From an uncultured Bacteroidales bacterium (GTDB lineage Bacteria > Bacteroidota > Bacteroidia > Bacteroidales > ML635J-15): 64,000 nucleotides of DNA. Location: the NCBI GenBank assembly GCA_964418565.1, contig CAYQMB010000002.1, forward strand, positions 1,993-65,992, written 5' to 3'. The first letter of the stretch is position 1. Each line of letters starts with the position of its first letter. Below are positions 19,901 through 28,282 of the stretch, piece after piece. Below the pieces are notes generated by a model. That model did no database searches and was not told where the DNA came from. It saw only the letters and a program-made list of their open reading frames with translations. A program made the translations under genes and the position numbers.

Positions 19901-20366
19901 TAATCTAAATGCGGGATGTTATGAGCTCATCTTTATGGATGAAGGACAGGACGGACTTAACTTCTGGTATACCAACAGTGAAACCGGTACTGGCTTTGCC
20001 GGAATTCGTCAGGTTGGAGGAGTCTTTCTCACCCAATTCAAGTCTGATTTTGGAAGTTTTTTTCGCCATCAGTTTATAATCCCTGATAATGCATTTATTA
20101 ACGACAATATAGCTGGCAGGCAACATTTCAGCATATATCCAAATCCGGCAACATCCAAACTGAATGTAAAACTTGACAAGTCATTTGGTGTTCAAGCCAG
20201 GGTTTCTGTTTTTGACACCTACGGACGGATAGTGGTTGAGAAAGGATTTTCAACAGCAGCAGGCTTGCAGACTGAGTTGGATATTTCGAAGCTACCAGAG
20301 GGGATGTATTACTTAAAGTTGGTAAATGGCAAATTAAATCAGGTACAAAAATTCATCATCAAGTGA
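16926..20366 (+). CDS. T9SS-secreted multidomain protein with a PNGase F-like amidase fold, an inserted LamG domain and a C-terminal sorting domain
   Basis: Signal peptide. 'ECGEWDY' (aa ~78-83), 'FVTPYGINLDLNGGFTWVYDVTDY' (aa ~619-642) and 'ACAEFCPTTHHLDING...GTWIFDRAGWCPG' (aa ~728-776) align to my recollection of Elizabethkingia PNGase F ('TCDEWDRY', 'FITPYWVG...EIDVTDF', 'GCAEWCFRTHTIAINN...NWAPDRAGWCPG'). LamG_3-like motif 'DGKIDEFRVWNTALDQQTIQDYM'. T9SS CTD 'FSIYPNPATSKLNVKL...GMYYLKL'. Confidence 0.8.
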   Translation: MKPIRLYISVLLLLSLSLPETLHAGPGDTTRIQTFTFDSISTRRAWFQFPDSGQSWNKILMYYTIKCDPQTPYDGYECGEWDYTTFTHVHDHTGIIDSTATSHPGFLANGESPDSLLYVNTPLYHTFAYPQTAYHITDTNSLNQYEAGTGSTQLGLSSGENARTLMLYTAAELNALGLTPGTINALTFKLTHAGVSFRRLKIRMQHSSETSFSPAFSDTLNLTTAFNAPVSSDAGGNVHCLLYPAFTWDGSSSLLIELSYEDPSQAVIAEADDPGDQMTALFNDADACLSFEGPDYLEVPADAFTETDQSITLSMWVHGNPDYQPQDDMLFEAKDSAGNRILNVHLPWSNGNVYWDAGYSNGSYDRIDKAADQSVYAGSWNHWAFVKDASTGTMEIYLNGDLWHSGTGNTKSMEGITRFVLGGDKNTSPNRSYDGKIDEFRVWNTALDQQTIQDYMFVECSSSHPDWDNLAVYYPMNNLTDGVCEDASPHNNNGYAIGMPQPETYHGWGLRKAMTILNFRPYTVFEQAGFVQSDTCIYHTDSVPAEQICLISRNIVDNELINMDTSYVWEAGWSYSFDPQTGEKADSSYSGFDDIIHQYELVTYSNPFEIVNTIQMQNFVTPYGINLDLNGGFTWVYDVTDYAMFLHDSVDLQAHNTQELLDLEFAFIEGQPPRDIVDFSQIWRGNYGHHAIATDEALPAKKHQLHANADQVIVRTRTTGHGMAGDYACAEFCPTTHHLDINGTEVSSWQNWTECADNPIYPQGGTWIFDRAGWCPGKFADTYNWDVTDYLTPGDSASIDYGMTQYPGSDGGGNYHVAVQCIEYGAPNYTHEAAITNIIKPSDADPHSRFNPACAQPEIVIRNEGSQTISNLEIQYGLDGNTNHAFTWTGQLEFMEKEHVTLPAIGWEEMLDSNGQFTARVSAPNGNPDEYSGNNQMNTSFEMVTVYDVPIMLTYKTNNYGLETSYEIRNASGELVKEVSGLDNSTTYYDTLNLNAGCYELIFMDEGQDGLNFWYTNSETGTGFAGIRQVGGVFLTQFKSDFGSFFRHQFIIPDNAFINDNIAGRQHFSIYPNPATSKLNVKLDKSFGVQARVSVFDTYGRIVVEKGFSTAAGLQTELDISKLPEGMYYLKLVNGKLNQVQKFIIK

Positions 20367-20372
20367 TAATAA

Positions 20373-20403
20373 AGACTGCCCGCACATAAATGCCGGGCAG
20401 TCT
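20373..20403. terminator. Shared hairpin (possible bidirectional terminator) between convergent T9SS cargo genes
   Basis: Perfect 10-bp inverted repeat AGACTGCCCG (20373-20382) / CGGGCAGTCT (20394-20403) with an 11-nt loop and A/T-rich flanks. It sits in the 61-nt gap between stops 20366 and 20428. Confidence 0.65.
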
Positions 20404-20427
20404 AATATATTGTTTTAAAAGAAACTA

Positions 20428-22554
20428 TTACCTGATCAAACTGATTTTCTTGGTGGTTTTCTCGCCATTGGCAATTACATCAACCAGAAAAATACCATTA
20501 TCAGGCAAATTTATTTCCTCTTTCAGTTTAATTTTCTGATATCCCTGCACACCATCAATCTGTGTTTTCCCGATGGTTTTGCCCAGCAGGTTATACACTT
20601 TCACATCCACAATGGATGGTTTGGTTAATGAAAAGCTCAGGTTTACATTTTCCTCTGCCGGATTTGGAAACACAGAAACTCCGGTAACGGTCTTTGCATC
20701 CTCAATACCACTGGCGAGCTCATAGTTCAGAGTCCATCCTGCACCAACATCATCATCGGAGTCGGCATAAAACTGGAGGTATACCACAGGAGCATCAACA
20801 ACAAGCTGATCCGGGGTGTTTGATGCATCAAATTTCTCAACCAGGTTACCGGCGTCATTGGCGTATACATCGAGGTAGTCGTAACTGCCTCCAAGGTCGA
20901 ATTCGGTAAAGTCAAGCGCGATGGCTTCAGCACCTTCGGGTTCAATATACCATGAGCAAACCGTGGATTTCTGATAATCACAATCGCCACTACCATCACT
21001 TAACGTGCCTGTGGGAGCAGTATGCTCGATGTTTGTTTTGCAGTGATCGGAGTCGAAACTCACATACCACCCATCTGCAGTTCCTGAGCCATCTGTCATG
21101 AACTCAACAAGCATAGGTGCACTGTTACCTCTTACAGATGCGGTACCGGGAGGGTTGTCCTGATCAAAGGTGGCAAGCAACGGTGCGCTATTGGTTTCTC
21201 CATCGTAAACATGAATAACATCGCCGGCGGCAAGATCAAATTTTTCAAAATTCACTTGAATAATCTCTCCGCAGGTTGGGGATATCAGGTACTCACAACT
21301 GCTGTTGTTTTCATAGTTCTGTTCTGCACTGCCATCACCGAAAGCACCCTGATGGCCGGTAATTGTTTTTGATCCGGTACAGTATTCGGGGTATCCGCTT
21401 TCGGGGTATATATTAACCACTGCTTCCTGGTCATAAATGAAATTGTAATCATCGCCACCCGGTGTAGCAGAGGACACGAGATTATCAAGGGTGTAATAGC
21501 CATTACCGGCGCCTCCCCAGCCCCAGTTCATGTGGAATTCATCATCCATATAGCCATCACAGTTCCAGGCATGACCGGCACCTGAATTGGGCATACCGGA
21601 ATAAACCATAGGATGGTTTGCATCCAGTTGGGTTTTCAGCAGGCTTTTCCATTCGGTGTCGCCGTAGTAGTTTTTTCTGGCCAGATCAGCGCTGGCATCG
21701 TATTGAAAATAATTAACAAGTGCATCAGGCACACTGCTTGTAGATGCCCCTGACCCATCAGCACTCCAATACATACCAACCGCGACACCGGCATGGAAAT
21801 TAATCAGAGCCAGGTCATCATTAAGGCCGCTGCCTGAAAGAGGCATATTTTCCCAGTTGTATGTCTGGGCGGCAAAGTTAACAGTGATGTTACCATACCC
21901 GCCATTCATCCAGTTTGAATGGCTTTTGGACCCGGTTCCGGTTTCCGGATAATCCCAATGTTTCATAACCTGCACCATTGCCGTAGCCACGCAACCAACG
22001 GGCACATGTCCGGCCTGTCCGGCAGCATCTTCGGGACATAACTGGTTGTAAGGATACCCCTGATTCCATTCGGCGAGCATCATCGGCTCCACGGTTTGCA
22101 TTTCTTTGATGCCCTTTTCCGGAACATATGAACTCAATTCAAGCCATTCATCCGCAATGGATTTGGGTACTGCAGCATTTGTATTTGCGAGGTATGCGAT
22201 TTGCTCAGCGTACCAGTTCAGCAAATCCCGTTGTCCCGGATGCATCTCACCGGCATTAAACTCACCTTTAAACGCATAGGCAAGTACAGGTTTGGCAGCA
22301 TTATCAGCAGAAACGATAACAAATCCGTCGGATTTATTCACGTTAAAAGCATAATAAGCCTGAGCACCATGGCTGCTTTTTACCTGCACTGCTTCAAGCC
22401 TGATGTCTCCGTATGAGGTTTTCTCAATTTGATTTACGTGTTGATAATAAAAATTCTGAGCCACTGTTCTGGCTGTTTCCTTTGGCACTTCTTTAGCGAA
22501 GCTCATCCCCATAAAACTTAATAAGAGGATCGTCAATAAAAATCGATTCATCAT
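20428..22554 (-). CDS. C10 family cysteine peptidase (streptopain-like) with two CUB-like domains and a T9SS C-terminal domain
   Basis: N-terminal inhibitor/propeptide-like region. Catalytic Cys context 'VPVGCVATAMVQVMKHWDYP' and His context 'GAGHAWNCDGY', then 'NWGWGG'. Two CUB-like modules ('CEYLISP...FEKFDL...DVIHVYDG', 'CSWYIEP...FTEFDL...DYLDVYAN'). CTD 'VSVFPNPAEENVNLSF'. Confidence 0.88.
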   Translation of the reverse strand: MMNRFLLTILLLSFMGMSFAKEVPKETARTVAQNFYYQHVNQIEKTSYGDIRLEAVQVKSSHGAQAYYAFNVNKSDGFVIVSADNAAKPVLAYAFKGEFNAGEMHPGQRDLLNWYAEQIAYLANTNAAVPKSIADEWLELSSYVPEKGIKEMQTVEPMMLAEWNQGYPYNQLCPEDAAGQAGHVPVGCVATAMVQVMKHWDYPETGTGSKSHSNWMNGGYGNITVNFAAQTYNWENMPLSGSGLNDDLALINFHAGVAVGMYWSADGSGASTSSVPDALVNYFQYDASADLARKNYYGDTEWKSLLKTQLDANHPMVYSGMPNSGAGHAWNCDGYMDDEFHMNWGWGGAGNGYYTLDNLVSSATPGGDDYNFIYDQEAVVNIYPESGYPEYCTGSKTITGHQGAFGDGSAEQNYENNSSCEYLISPTCGEIIQVNFEKFDLAAGDVIHVYDGETNSAPLLATFDQDNPPGTASVRGNSAPMLVEFMTDGSGTADGWYVSFDSDHCKTNIEHTAPTGTLSDGSGDCDYQKSTVCSWYIEPEGAEAIALDFTEFDLGGSYDYLDVYANDAGNLVEKFDASNTPDQLVVDAPVVYLQFYADSDDDVGAGWTLNYELASGIEDAKTVTGVSVFPNPAEENVNLSFSLTKPSIVDVKVYNLLGKTIGKTQIDGVQGYQKIKLKEEINLPDNGIFLVDVIANGEKTTKKISLIR

Positions 22555-22619
22555 TCGTTGTCTTGTTTTGTTTTACAATTCATTTACCAGATGCAGGCTA
22601 AAGCCATTTTGTTGCATTG

Positions 22620-24182
22620 CTAATCTTGTGGATAATCAATATTGTGATGCAAGCCAATGCTTTTTTTTCGTTTCTGAGCCATTTTAATTATCAGGTATCC
22701 AACATTAATCAGATTGCGAAGTTCGCAAATTTTTACTGTAAGTTTGGATTTTTTATACAATTCCTCATTTTCCCGATAGATGATTTCCAATCTGTCCAGC
22801 GCACGTTTTAAGCGGAGGTTGCTTCTGACAATTCCTACATAATTGCTCATTATCTCCTGAGTTTCTTTCAGGGATTGGGTAATGAGTACCATTTCTTCGT
22901 TTGGTGTGGTACCGGAATCATCCCAGTCGGGAATATTCTTAGGCAGATCAGTTTTATTCAGATGATTAAGAGCATGTCTGGCAGCACGCTCGGCAAACAC
23001 TACGGCTTCAAGCAGAGAGTTTGAGGCCAACCGGTTGGCTCCGTGCAGGCCGGTTGAGGATGTTTCGCCAACGGCATAAAGTTTATGGATGGAGCTTTGG
23101 GCATTTTCATCCACTCTTATGCCACCGCAAAGATAATGGGCACTGGGTACTACCGGAATAAAATCCTTAACAGGATCAATCCCCATACTTTTGCATTTTT
23201 TTGTAATGTTGGGAAATCGATTGTTGAGAACATCAACACCAATACCAGTAGCATCAAGAAACACATAATCAGATCCACTGGTTTTCATTTCCCTGTCGAT
23301 AGCCCGTGCCACGATATCCCTGGGAGCCAGTGATCCCCGCTTATCATATTTGTCCATGAATACGTTTCCATGAATATCCCGGAGTACCGCACCGGCACCA
23401 CGCATGGCCTCAGTTATTAAAAAGGATGGTTTTTCTGAAGGATTAAACAGGGATGTTGGGTGAAACTGCACAAATTCCATATTTTCAATCTGACCTTTGG
23501 CACGATATGCCATAGCAATACCATCACCAGTAGTGACGGGCGGATTGGTTGTTGCCTGATAGACATTGCCACAGCCTCCGGTAGCCAGCAGGCTTGCTTT
23601 TGCAAGTACGGTAAAAACGCGGGATTCTTTCTGATCATATACATATGCTCCATAGCATTGGATATCCCTATGACTACGTTTCACTTCCTTTCCCAGGTGA
23701 TGTTGCGTAATCAAATCAACGGCAAAATGCTGTTCACACAATTCGATAGCAGGATGCTCTTTAACTTGTTGAATAAGTGCCCGCTGAATTTCATATCCAG
23801 TATTATCTTTATGATGAAGAACACGTTTTTCGGAGTGTCCGCCCTCTTTATTGAGGCTGAATTTTCCGGTTTCAGCCTTATCGAAACGTGTGCCCCAATC
23901 AATAAGATTCCGGACTTGCTGTGGTCCTTCCTTTACAACCATCCTGACAACCTCTTCATTGTTAAGACGATTTCCCGCAATCAGGGTATCCTTAACGTGT
24001 TTTTCATAACTATCAGGAGCATAAGTAACCGCAGCAATACCACCCTGGGCATATGATGTGGCGGTATCATCCAGTTGGCCTTTGGTTACGACACAAACGC
24101 TTGCATGGTCGGCTACTTTTAACGCAAATGTGAGGCCGGCAATTCCGGATCCAACAACCAAGAAATCCACTTCCTTTTTCAT
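22620..24182 (-). CDS. nadB: L-aspartate oxidase
   Basis: FAD-binding 'DFLVVGSGIAGL'. Fumarate reductase/succinate dehydrogenase flavoprotein-like core ('HPTSL', 'GGIRVD', 'LYAVGETSSTGLHGANRLASNSLLE'). Confidence 0.93.
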   Translation of the reverse strand: MKKEVDFLVVGSGIAGLTFALKVADHASVCVVTKGQLDDTATSYAQGGIAAVTYAPDSYEKHVKDTLIAGNRLNNEEVVRMVVKEGPQQVRNLIDWGTRFDKAETGKFSLNKEGGHSEKRVLHHKDNTGYEIQRALIQQVKEHPAIELCEQHFAVDLITQHHLGKEVKRSHRDIQCYGAYVYDQKESRVFTVLAKASLLATGGCGNVYQATTNPPVTTGDGIAMAYRAKGQIENMEFVQFHPTSLFNPSEKPSFLITEAMRGAGAVLRDIHGNVFMDKYDKRGSLAPRDIVARAIDREMKTSGSDYVFLDATGIGVDVLNNRFPNITKKCKSMGIDPVKDFIPVVPSAHYLCGGIRVDENAQSSIHKLYAVGETSSTGLHGANRLASNSLLEAVVFAERAARHALNHLNKTDLPKNIPDWDDSGTTPNEEMVLITQSLKETQEIMSNYVGIVRSNLRLKRALDRLEIIYRENEELYKKSKLTVKICELRNLINVGYLIIKMAQKRKKSIGLHHNIDYPQD

Positions 24183-24199
24183 GGAATAATTACTTTGTT

Positions 24200-24207
24200 C
24201 AAAGATA
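24200..24207 (-). promoter_or_regulatory. Bacteroidota-type -7 promoter box (TATCTTTG on the minus strand)
   Basis: The reverse complement of CAAAGATA reads TATCTTTG, 17 nt upstream of the nadB ATG (24182). Confidence 0.45.
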
Positions 24208-24289
24208 ATTAATAAAATTCAGTAAAAAAAGAGTGAACTTATAGCGCTGGTTTACGTTAAAGAGAATAAATACAAGAAACGAAGAAAAT

Positions 24290-24523
24290 ATGGACAGCAA
24301 CAATTTAATCAGTTTAGCGATGTTTAGATACAGCCACCGGGCTCATATTTTAAAATCTTTGTTGGAAGAAGCAGGCATAGAGGCCATGGTTACCACCTCA
24401 TCGGTATTTCGTCAGATTGACTCAGCGAAAGTGTTGGTAAATCAGGCAGATCTGACAAAAGCAAAAAAGGTTCTTCAGGATAACCTTCATCAATTTGAAG
24501 ACAGCGAAATTGAGACTTTGTAA
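24290..24523 (+). CDS. Small DUF2007-like protein (second copy in the window)
   Basis: A 77-aa ORF: 'LISLAMFRYSHRAHILKSLLEEAGIEAMV...AKVLVNQADLTKAKKVL'. It has the same beta-alpha-beta-like pattern as the protein at 5267..5494. Confidence 0.5.
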   Translation: MDSNNLISLAMFRYSHRAHILKSLLEEAGIEAMVTTSSVFRQIDSAKVLVNQADLTKAKKVLQDNLHQFEDSEIETL

Positions 24524-24531
24524 AACTGTCT

Positions 24532-27500
24532 TTATAACATTTGCTTGAGTTCAGCCAGCCGTTTTTGTTTTTCAGGTTCACGCACCCGTCTGGCTGTTGC
24601 TGTAAAATACCTGTGTTTTTCCATAAACTTCATTTGCATTTTGTTCCATTGCTCTATGGTTCCGATTTTATTACGCTCAAAGAGCTCCCGGAAGAGGTTT
24701 TGTGATGTTGGAATAAAGTCGGGTCGGCCGAGATAATCAAGATCTGCATCACATATAATTTCTTCGAGCAGGTTTTTGGGTTTTTGTGGCATTTTGGTTG
24801 CCATAATTAAATCAGCAATGATATCAATCTGATCTTTACTGTAATGATAGGTTGGCAGGGTTTTATAAGCCAGCTCAACGCCTTTTTCTTCGTGATGGTT
24901 ATAGCTGACAAGAAAGCCTGCATCATGCATCAGGGCAGCGGTTTTAAGCAGGAGCATTTCTTCTTCACTCACCTCCTCTGCCCGGGCAATCATTTCTGTC
25001 TGGTAATAAACATTAACGGTATGCTTAAGGTTGTGATAATACAGGTTTTTGGGCAGGTTTTTTTCAAGTTTTTCAAACATATCATTTTGCAGATCCTGCA
25101 ATCTGACAATTTGAGTTTTCACCATAAAGGCATGGTTTGGCATGAGCCGGGCTTTATCTTTTGCCAGTTTGGAATAAATCCCCTTAACAAAATACATATC
25201 CAGCTCTCCTTTTTGCTTTACAGGGTTTTTGCCCCGGTAAGTACACTCGAAAAAGTCTTTGACGTGCGAATAAGTCGTTGCCGAGATGTTGACATTTGAT
25301 ATTTCACCATGTGTTTCCATACGGCTTGCGATATTTACTGTATCACCCCAGATATCATAAGCCAGTTTTTGGGTGCCGACAACTCCGGCAACCACAGGTC
25401 CGGTATGGATTCCGATTCTTACCTGAAAACCCACCTGATCCTCATCATTAATTTCTTTAACAACCCGCTGCATTTCCAGAGCTGAAAGCACAACCTCAAT
25501 GGGGTTAGTACTGTTTTCGCTTGGGATACCGCCGGCACACATGTATGCATCCCCGATGGTTTTAATTTTTTCGATGTCAAATTTTTCGATAATCTGATCA
25601 AAAGAAATAAAAATCTTATCCAGCATTTTTATGAGTGCCTCCGGCCGTGTCTCCTCGGCAATCCTCGTAAACTCCTGAATATCTGCAAACAGCACAGTTG
25701 CCATTTCGTATCTTTTGGATGTGGCTTTTCCTTTTTCGGTAATTTCTTTTACCGTTGTTTTTGGCAAGATCCGGTTTACCAGCCGTTCGGTTTGTTCTTT
25801 TTGCTTTAACAACTCTTCTGTACGGGAGGCAATGATTTTTTCAAGTCTGTATTTTTCGCGGGCATGTTGCAGTTCTTTGTTTTTCATCAACATATATGCC
25901 ATCGAAGCTAAAAATACAAAGTAAAGAAGGAATGCCCACCATTCCATATAAATCGGTGGCCGTATGGTAAAAGCATATTCACACTGTGTTGTCAGCTCTC
26001 CATAAGGGTTGGTAGCCCTAACCTGAAAGACATAATCACCTGTGCCAAGGTTCGTATATTCTTTGAAGTTTTCATGGGTAAACTCAGACCATTCGTCTTG
26101 TAAGCCTTTCAGGCGTGTTTGATATTCCACATCTTGCCCTGCCTGATAAAACGGCGCTGTATATTCAAACCGAATGTTTTTTTGTTTATGATTTAATACG
26201 GGTTTAACATGTTGTTCGTCATCTGCTGAAAACAGTGCTTGTTTTAAATATGCCGTATCCTGAACAACACTAAAATGCCGGATTGCACATGTATGGTTTT
26301 GCTTTTCTGATGGTTTAACGGATTGATCATACCGAATGATGCCGTTAATACTCCCAAGCCAGACATTATTTCCCTCAACAAAAATGCATTCAATGGTTTT
26401 ATCTGAAATCAGTTGAAATGGATAATATTTAAGCAAATAATTTTCACTTTTCCCCTGATACAGAGCCACGCCGGTATTCTTTTTATAATGGTTTTTTTCT
26501 CCGCTGCTGAACCATATATTTCCTTTTCTGTCTTCAACAAGAGGATAAACCCATCGGTTAAAATCAGAGAAGTCTATCCCAAGCCGATTATCAACAACAA
26601 AACCATTCTCCTCACTTAGTCTGAAAATTCCCTGATAAGTAGAAAACAGAATACCTGATCGTGTTTTGTATACGTCCACCCAATCGTAATTATCAGGCAA
26701 TCCATATCCGCGCTGAATATGCAATACCAACGGATTGGTTTGACGGCTGCTGTTTATTTCTACTTTAAAAACCCCATCGTTGTTTGATCCCAGCCAAAGA
26801 TACCCGTCAGAGGTTTCCGCAATGGTACGGATATCATAATCCAGGTTTTGAATTTTACCATGCACATAAAATTCGCCATTGTCTTTCAGGCTGGCAATTT
26901 TAACACCCTCGGCACCGGTGATATAATACTGTTCCTGAAAGAAATTACTCTTAAGTATGGTTTCTGTATTGCCTTCAAGAATGAATTCAGCTTTATGCTT
27001 TCCAATGATATATATGCCATAATCTGTACAGGCATACAAATTACCCTTAAGATTCACGAGGTTTTTCACTCTGACATTTAGATCTTCGACTTTATGAAAC
27101 ATGCTTTTTTTATCAGCATATGCCAACGTGAGGGTATCTTTGAAAACATCTTTATTCACCCAGTATACACCCTGATTTGTGCTAAAGTACAGTCGTTGAT
27201 CAAGTTTATTAATCGACAGAATGGAAACATTAAGCCGCTCATCGAAATTGTAATATGTAAAGGGGGATGACAATTCCACATAACTAATACCGTTAAATGT
27301 ACTTATCCACAACTGCTTATCTCTGTCAACAAATAAGTCGGTAACATGGTTATCCGCCAGACCTGAGGCTTTATTCAGATGGTAAATTAACTGCCCCTCG
27401 TCATCGAGTACAAATACGCCATCAATTTCTGTAGCCACGAGCAGATATTTATCCCTGAAACTATGTAGTTTTGTAACGTTTGAGTTTTCAATAAGAGCAT

Positions 27501-28224
27501 CCACCCGGGTTTTCATCCTGCTCACCCCGGGGCCATCAATAACATACAGCCCTTTGGTTCGTTTAGGTTTTAAAACGATGCGGCCCTGAAATATTGTCAC
27601 ACCCCGGAAACCATAATTTTTAAAAGAGCTGGCTTCCGGCAGTAGTATAAGTTGTCCGTTTTTATACTGATACAATCCGTCACCAGAGAGCCAGACCATC
27701 AGAGTTCCTCCTGTTTTAAATACCTCCAGCCCCTGCTGATGAGTTCTGAATCGTGATAATTTCTCATTTTCATATCTATATAAACAGGTATCTGAGGCAA
27801 AAATCACTTCACCACAAAGCGCTATGACATTTTTTATCTGGGGGACATTTCCAAACTGATCATTGATAATAGAGACAAAAGTTGCTCCCCTGGCAGATTG
27901 CTTCAGGTATCCCATTTGATTATATCCGGCCGCATAAATCCTTCTGGAGCAATCTCTGTCAAGATACGGGGTACCATTCATACGTATTAGACGCCAGTTT
28001 GCATTATCGTACTCAAGGATGCCATTTACATTGCTGAAATACATCAATCCATTTTCAGACTGGACAATATCAAAGTTTTGACTTTCGTATCCGTAGTCAC
28101 GAGACTCAAAATTTGTTATCTTTGGCACACCAAGCTGGTTAATCTGAGCAAATGCAGGAGAAAACACAATACTCTGAAAGACAAGTAACAGTACAGGTAT
28201 AAAGGATTTTTTTAAACCAAACAT
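24532..28224 (-). CDS. Membrane sensor: periplasmic two-component-regulator propeller + Y_Y_Y, TM segment, class III adenylate cyclase, C-terminal HD phosphohydrolase domain
   Basis: Signal peptide. About 720 aa of propeller-type repeats ('GLWISTFNGISY', 'GYLWLGSNNDGVFKV', 'NIWFSSG', 'NVWLGSINGIIRYD') followed by Y_Y_Y ('RFEYTAP...EYQTRLKG...WSEF...YTNLGTGDYVFQVRA'). TM 'WWAFLLYFVFLASMAYMLM'. Cyclase motifs 'ATVLFADIQEFT', 'KIKTIGDAYMCAGG' and 'AYDIWGDTVNIASRME'. HD motifs 'YHNLKHTVNV', 'AALMHDAGF' and 'ICDADLDYLGR'. Confidence 0.88.
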   Translation of the reverse strand: MFGLKKSFIPVLLLVFQSIVFSPAFAQINQLGVPKITNFESRDYGYESQNFDIVQSENGLMYFSNVNGILEYDNANWRLIRMNGTPYLDRDCSRRIYAAGYNQMGYLKQSARGATFVSIINDQFGNVPQIKNVIALCGEVIFASDTCLYRYENEKLSRFRTHQQGLEVFKTGGTLMVWLSGDGLYQYKNGQLILLPEASSFKNYGFRGVTIFQGRIVLKPKRTKGLYVIDGPGVSRMKTRVDALIENSNVTKLHSFRDKYLLVATEIDGVFVLDDEGQLIYHLNKASGLADNHVTDLFVDRDKQLWISTFNGISYVELSSPFTYYNFDERLNVSILSINKLDQRLYFSTNQGVYWVNKDVFKDTLTLAYADKKSMFHKVEDLNVRVKNLVNLKGNLYACTDYGIYIIGKHKAEFILEGNTETILKSNFFQEQYYITGAEGVKIASLKDNGEFYVHGKIQNLDYDIRTIAETSDGYLWLGSNNDGVFKVEINSSRQTNPLVLHIQRGYGLPDNYDWVDVYKTRSGILFSTYQGIFRLSEENGFVVDNRLGIDFSDFNRWVYPLVEDRKGNIWFSSGEKNHYKKNTGVALYQGKSENYLLKYYPFQLISDKTIECIFVEGNNVWLGSINGIIRYDQSVKPSEKQNHTCAIRHFSVVQDTAYLKQALFSADDEQHVKPVLNHKQKNIRFEYTAPFYQAGQDVEYQTRLKGLQDEWSEFTHENFKEYTNLGTGDYVFQVRATNPYGELTTQCEYAFTIRPPIYMEWWAFLLYFVFLASMAYMLMKNKELQHAREKYRLEKIIASRTEELLKQKEQTERLVNRILPKTTVKEITEKGKATSKRYEMATVLFADIQEFTRIAEETRPEALIKMLDKIFISFDQIIEKFDIEKIKTIGDAYMCAGGIPSENSTNPIEVVLSALEMQRVVKEINDEDQVGFQVRIGIHTGPVVAGVVGTQKLAYDIWGDTVNIASRMETHGEISNVNISATTYSHVKDFFECTYRGKNPVKQKGELDMYFVKGIYSKLAKDKARLMPNHAFMVKTQIVRLQDLQNDMFEKLEKNLPKNLYYHNLKHTVNVYYQTEMIARAEEVSEEEMLLLKTAALMHDAGFLVSYNHHEEKGVELAYKTLPTYHYSKDQIDIIADLIMATKMPQKPKNLLEEIICDADLDYLGRPDFIPTSQNLFRELFERNKIGTIEQWNKMQMKFMEKHRYFTATARRVREPEKQKRLAELKQML

Positions 28225-28282
28225 TTTATAATTAAATACTTTATTATTACTTTTAGTAAATGTAGCATTAAAATAATGAATT

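Noticed and set aside
24532-28224. Reading the cyclase as part of a cyclic-nucleotide anti-phage system (Pycsar/CBASS-like)
   Set aside because: There is no adjacent effector (cNMP-binding TM/TIR/nuclease). The protein has a huge periplasmic sensor typical of environmental signalling, and the neighbours are housekeeping or stress genes.
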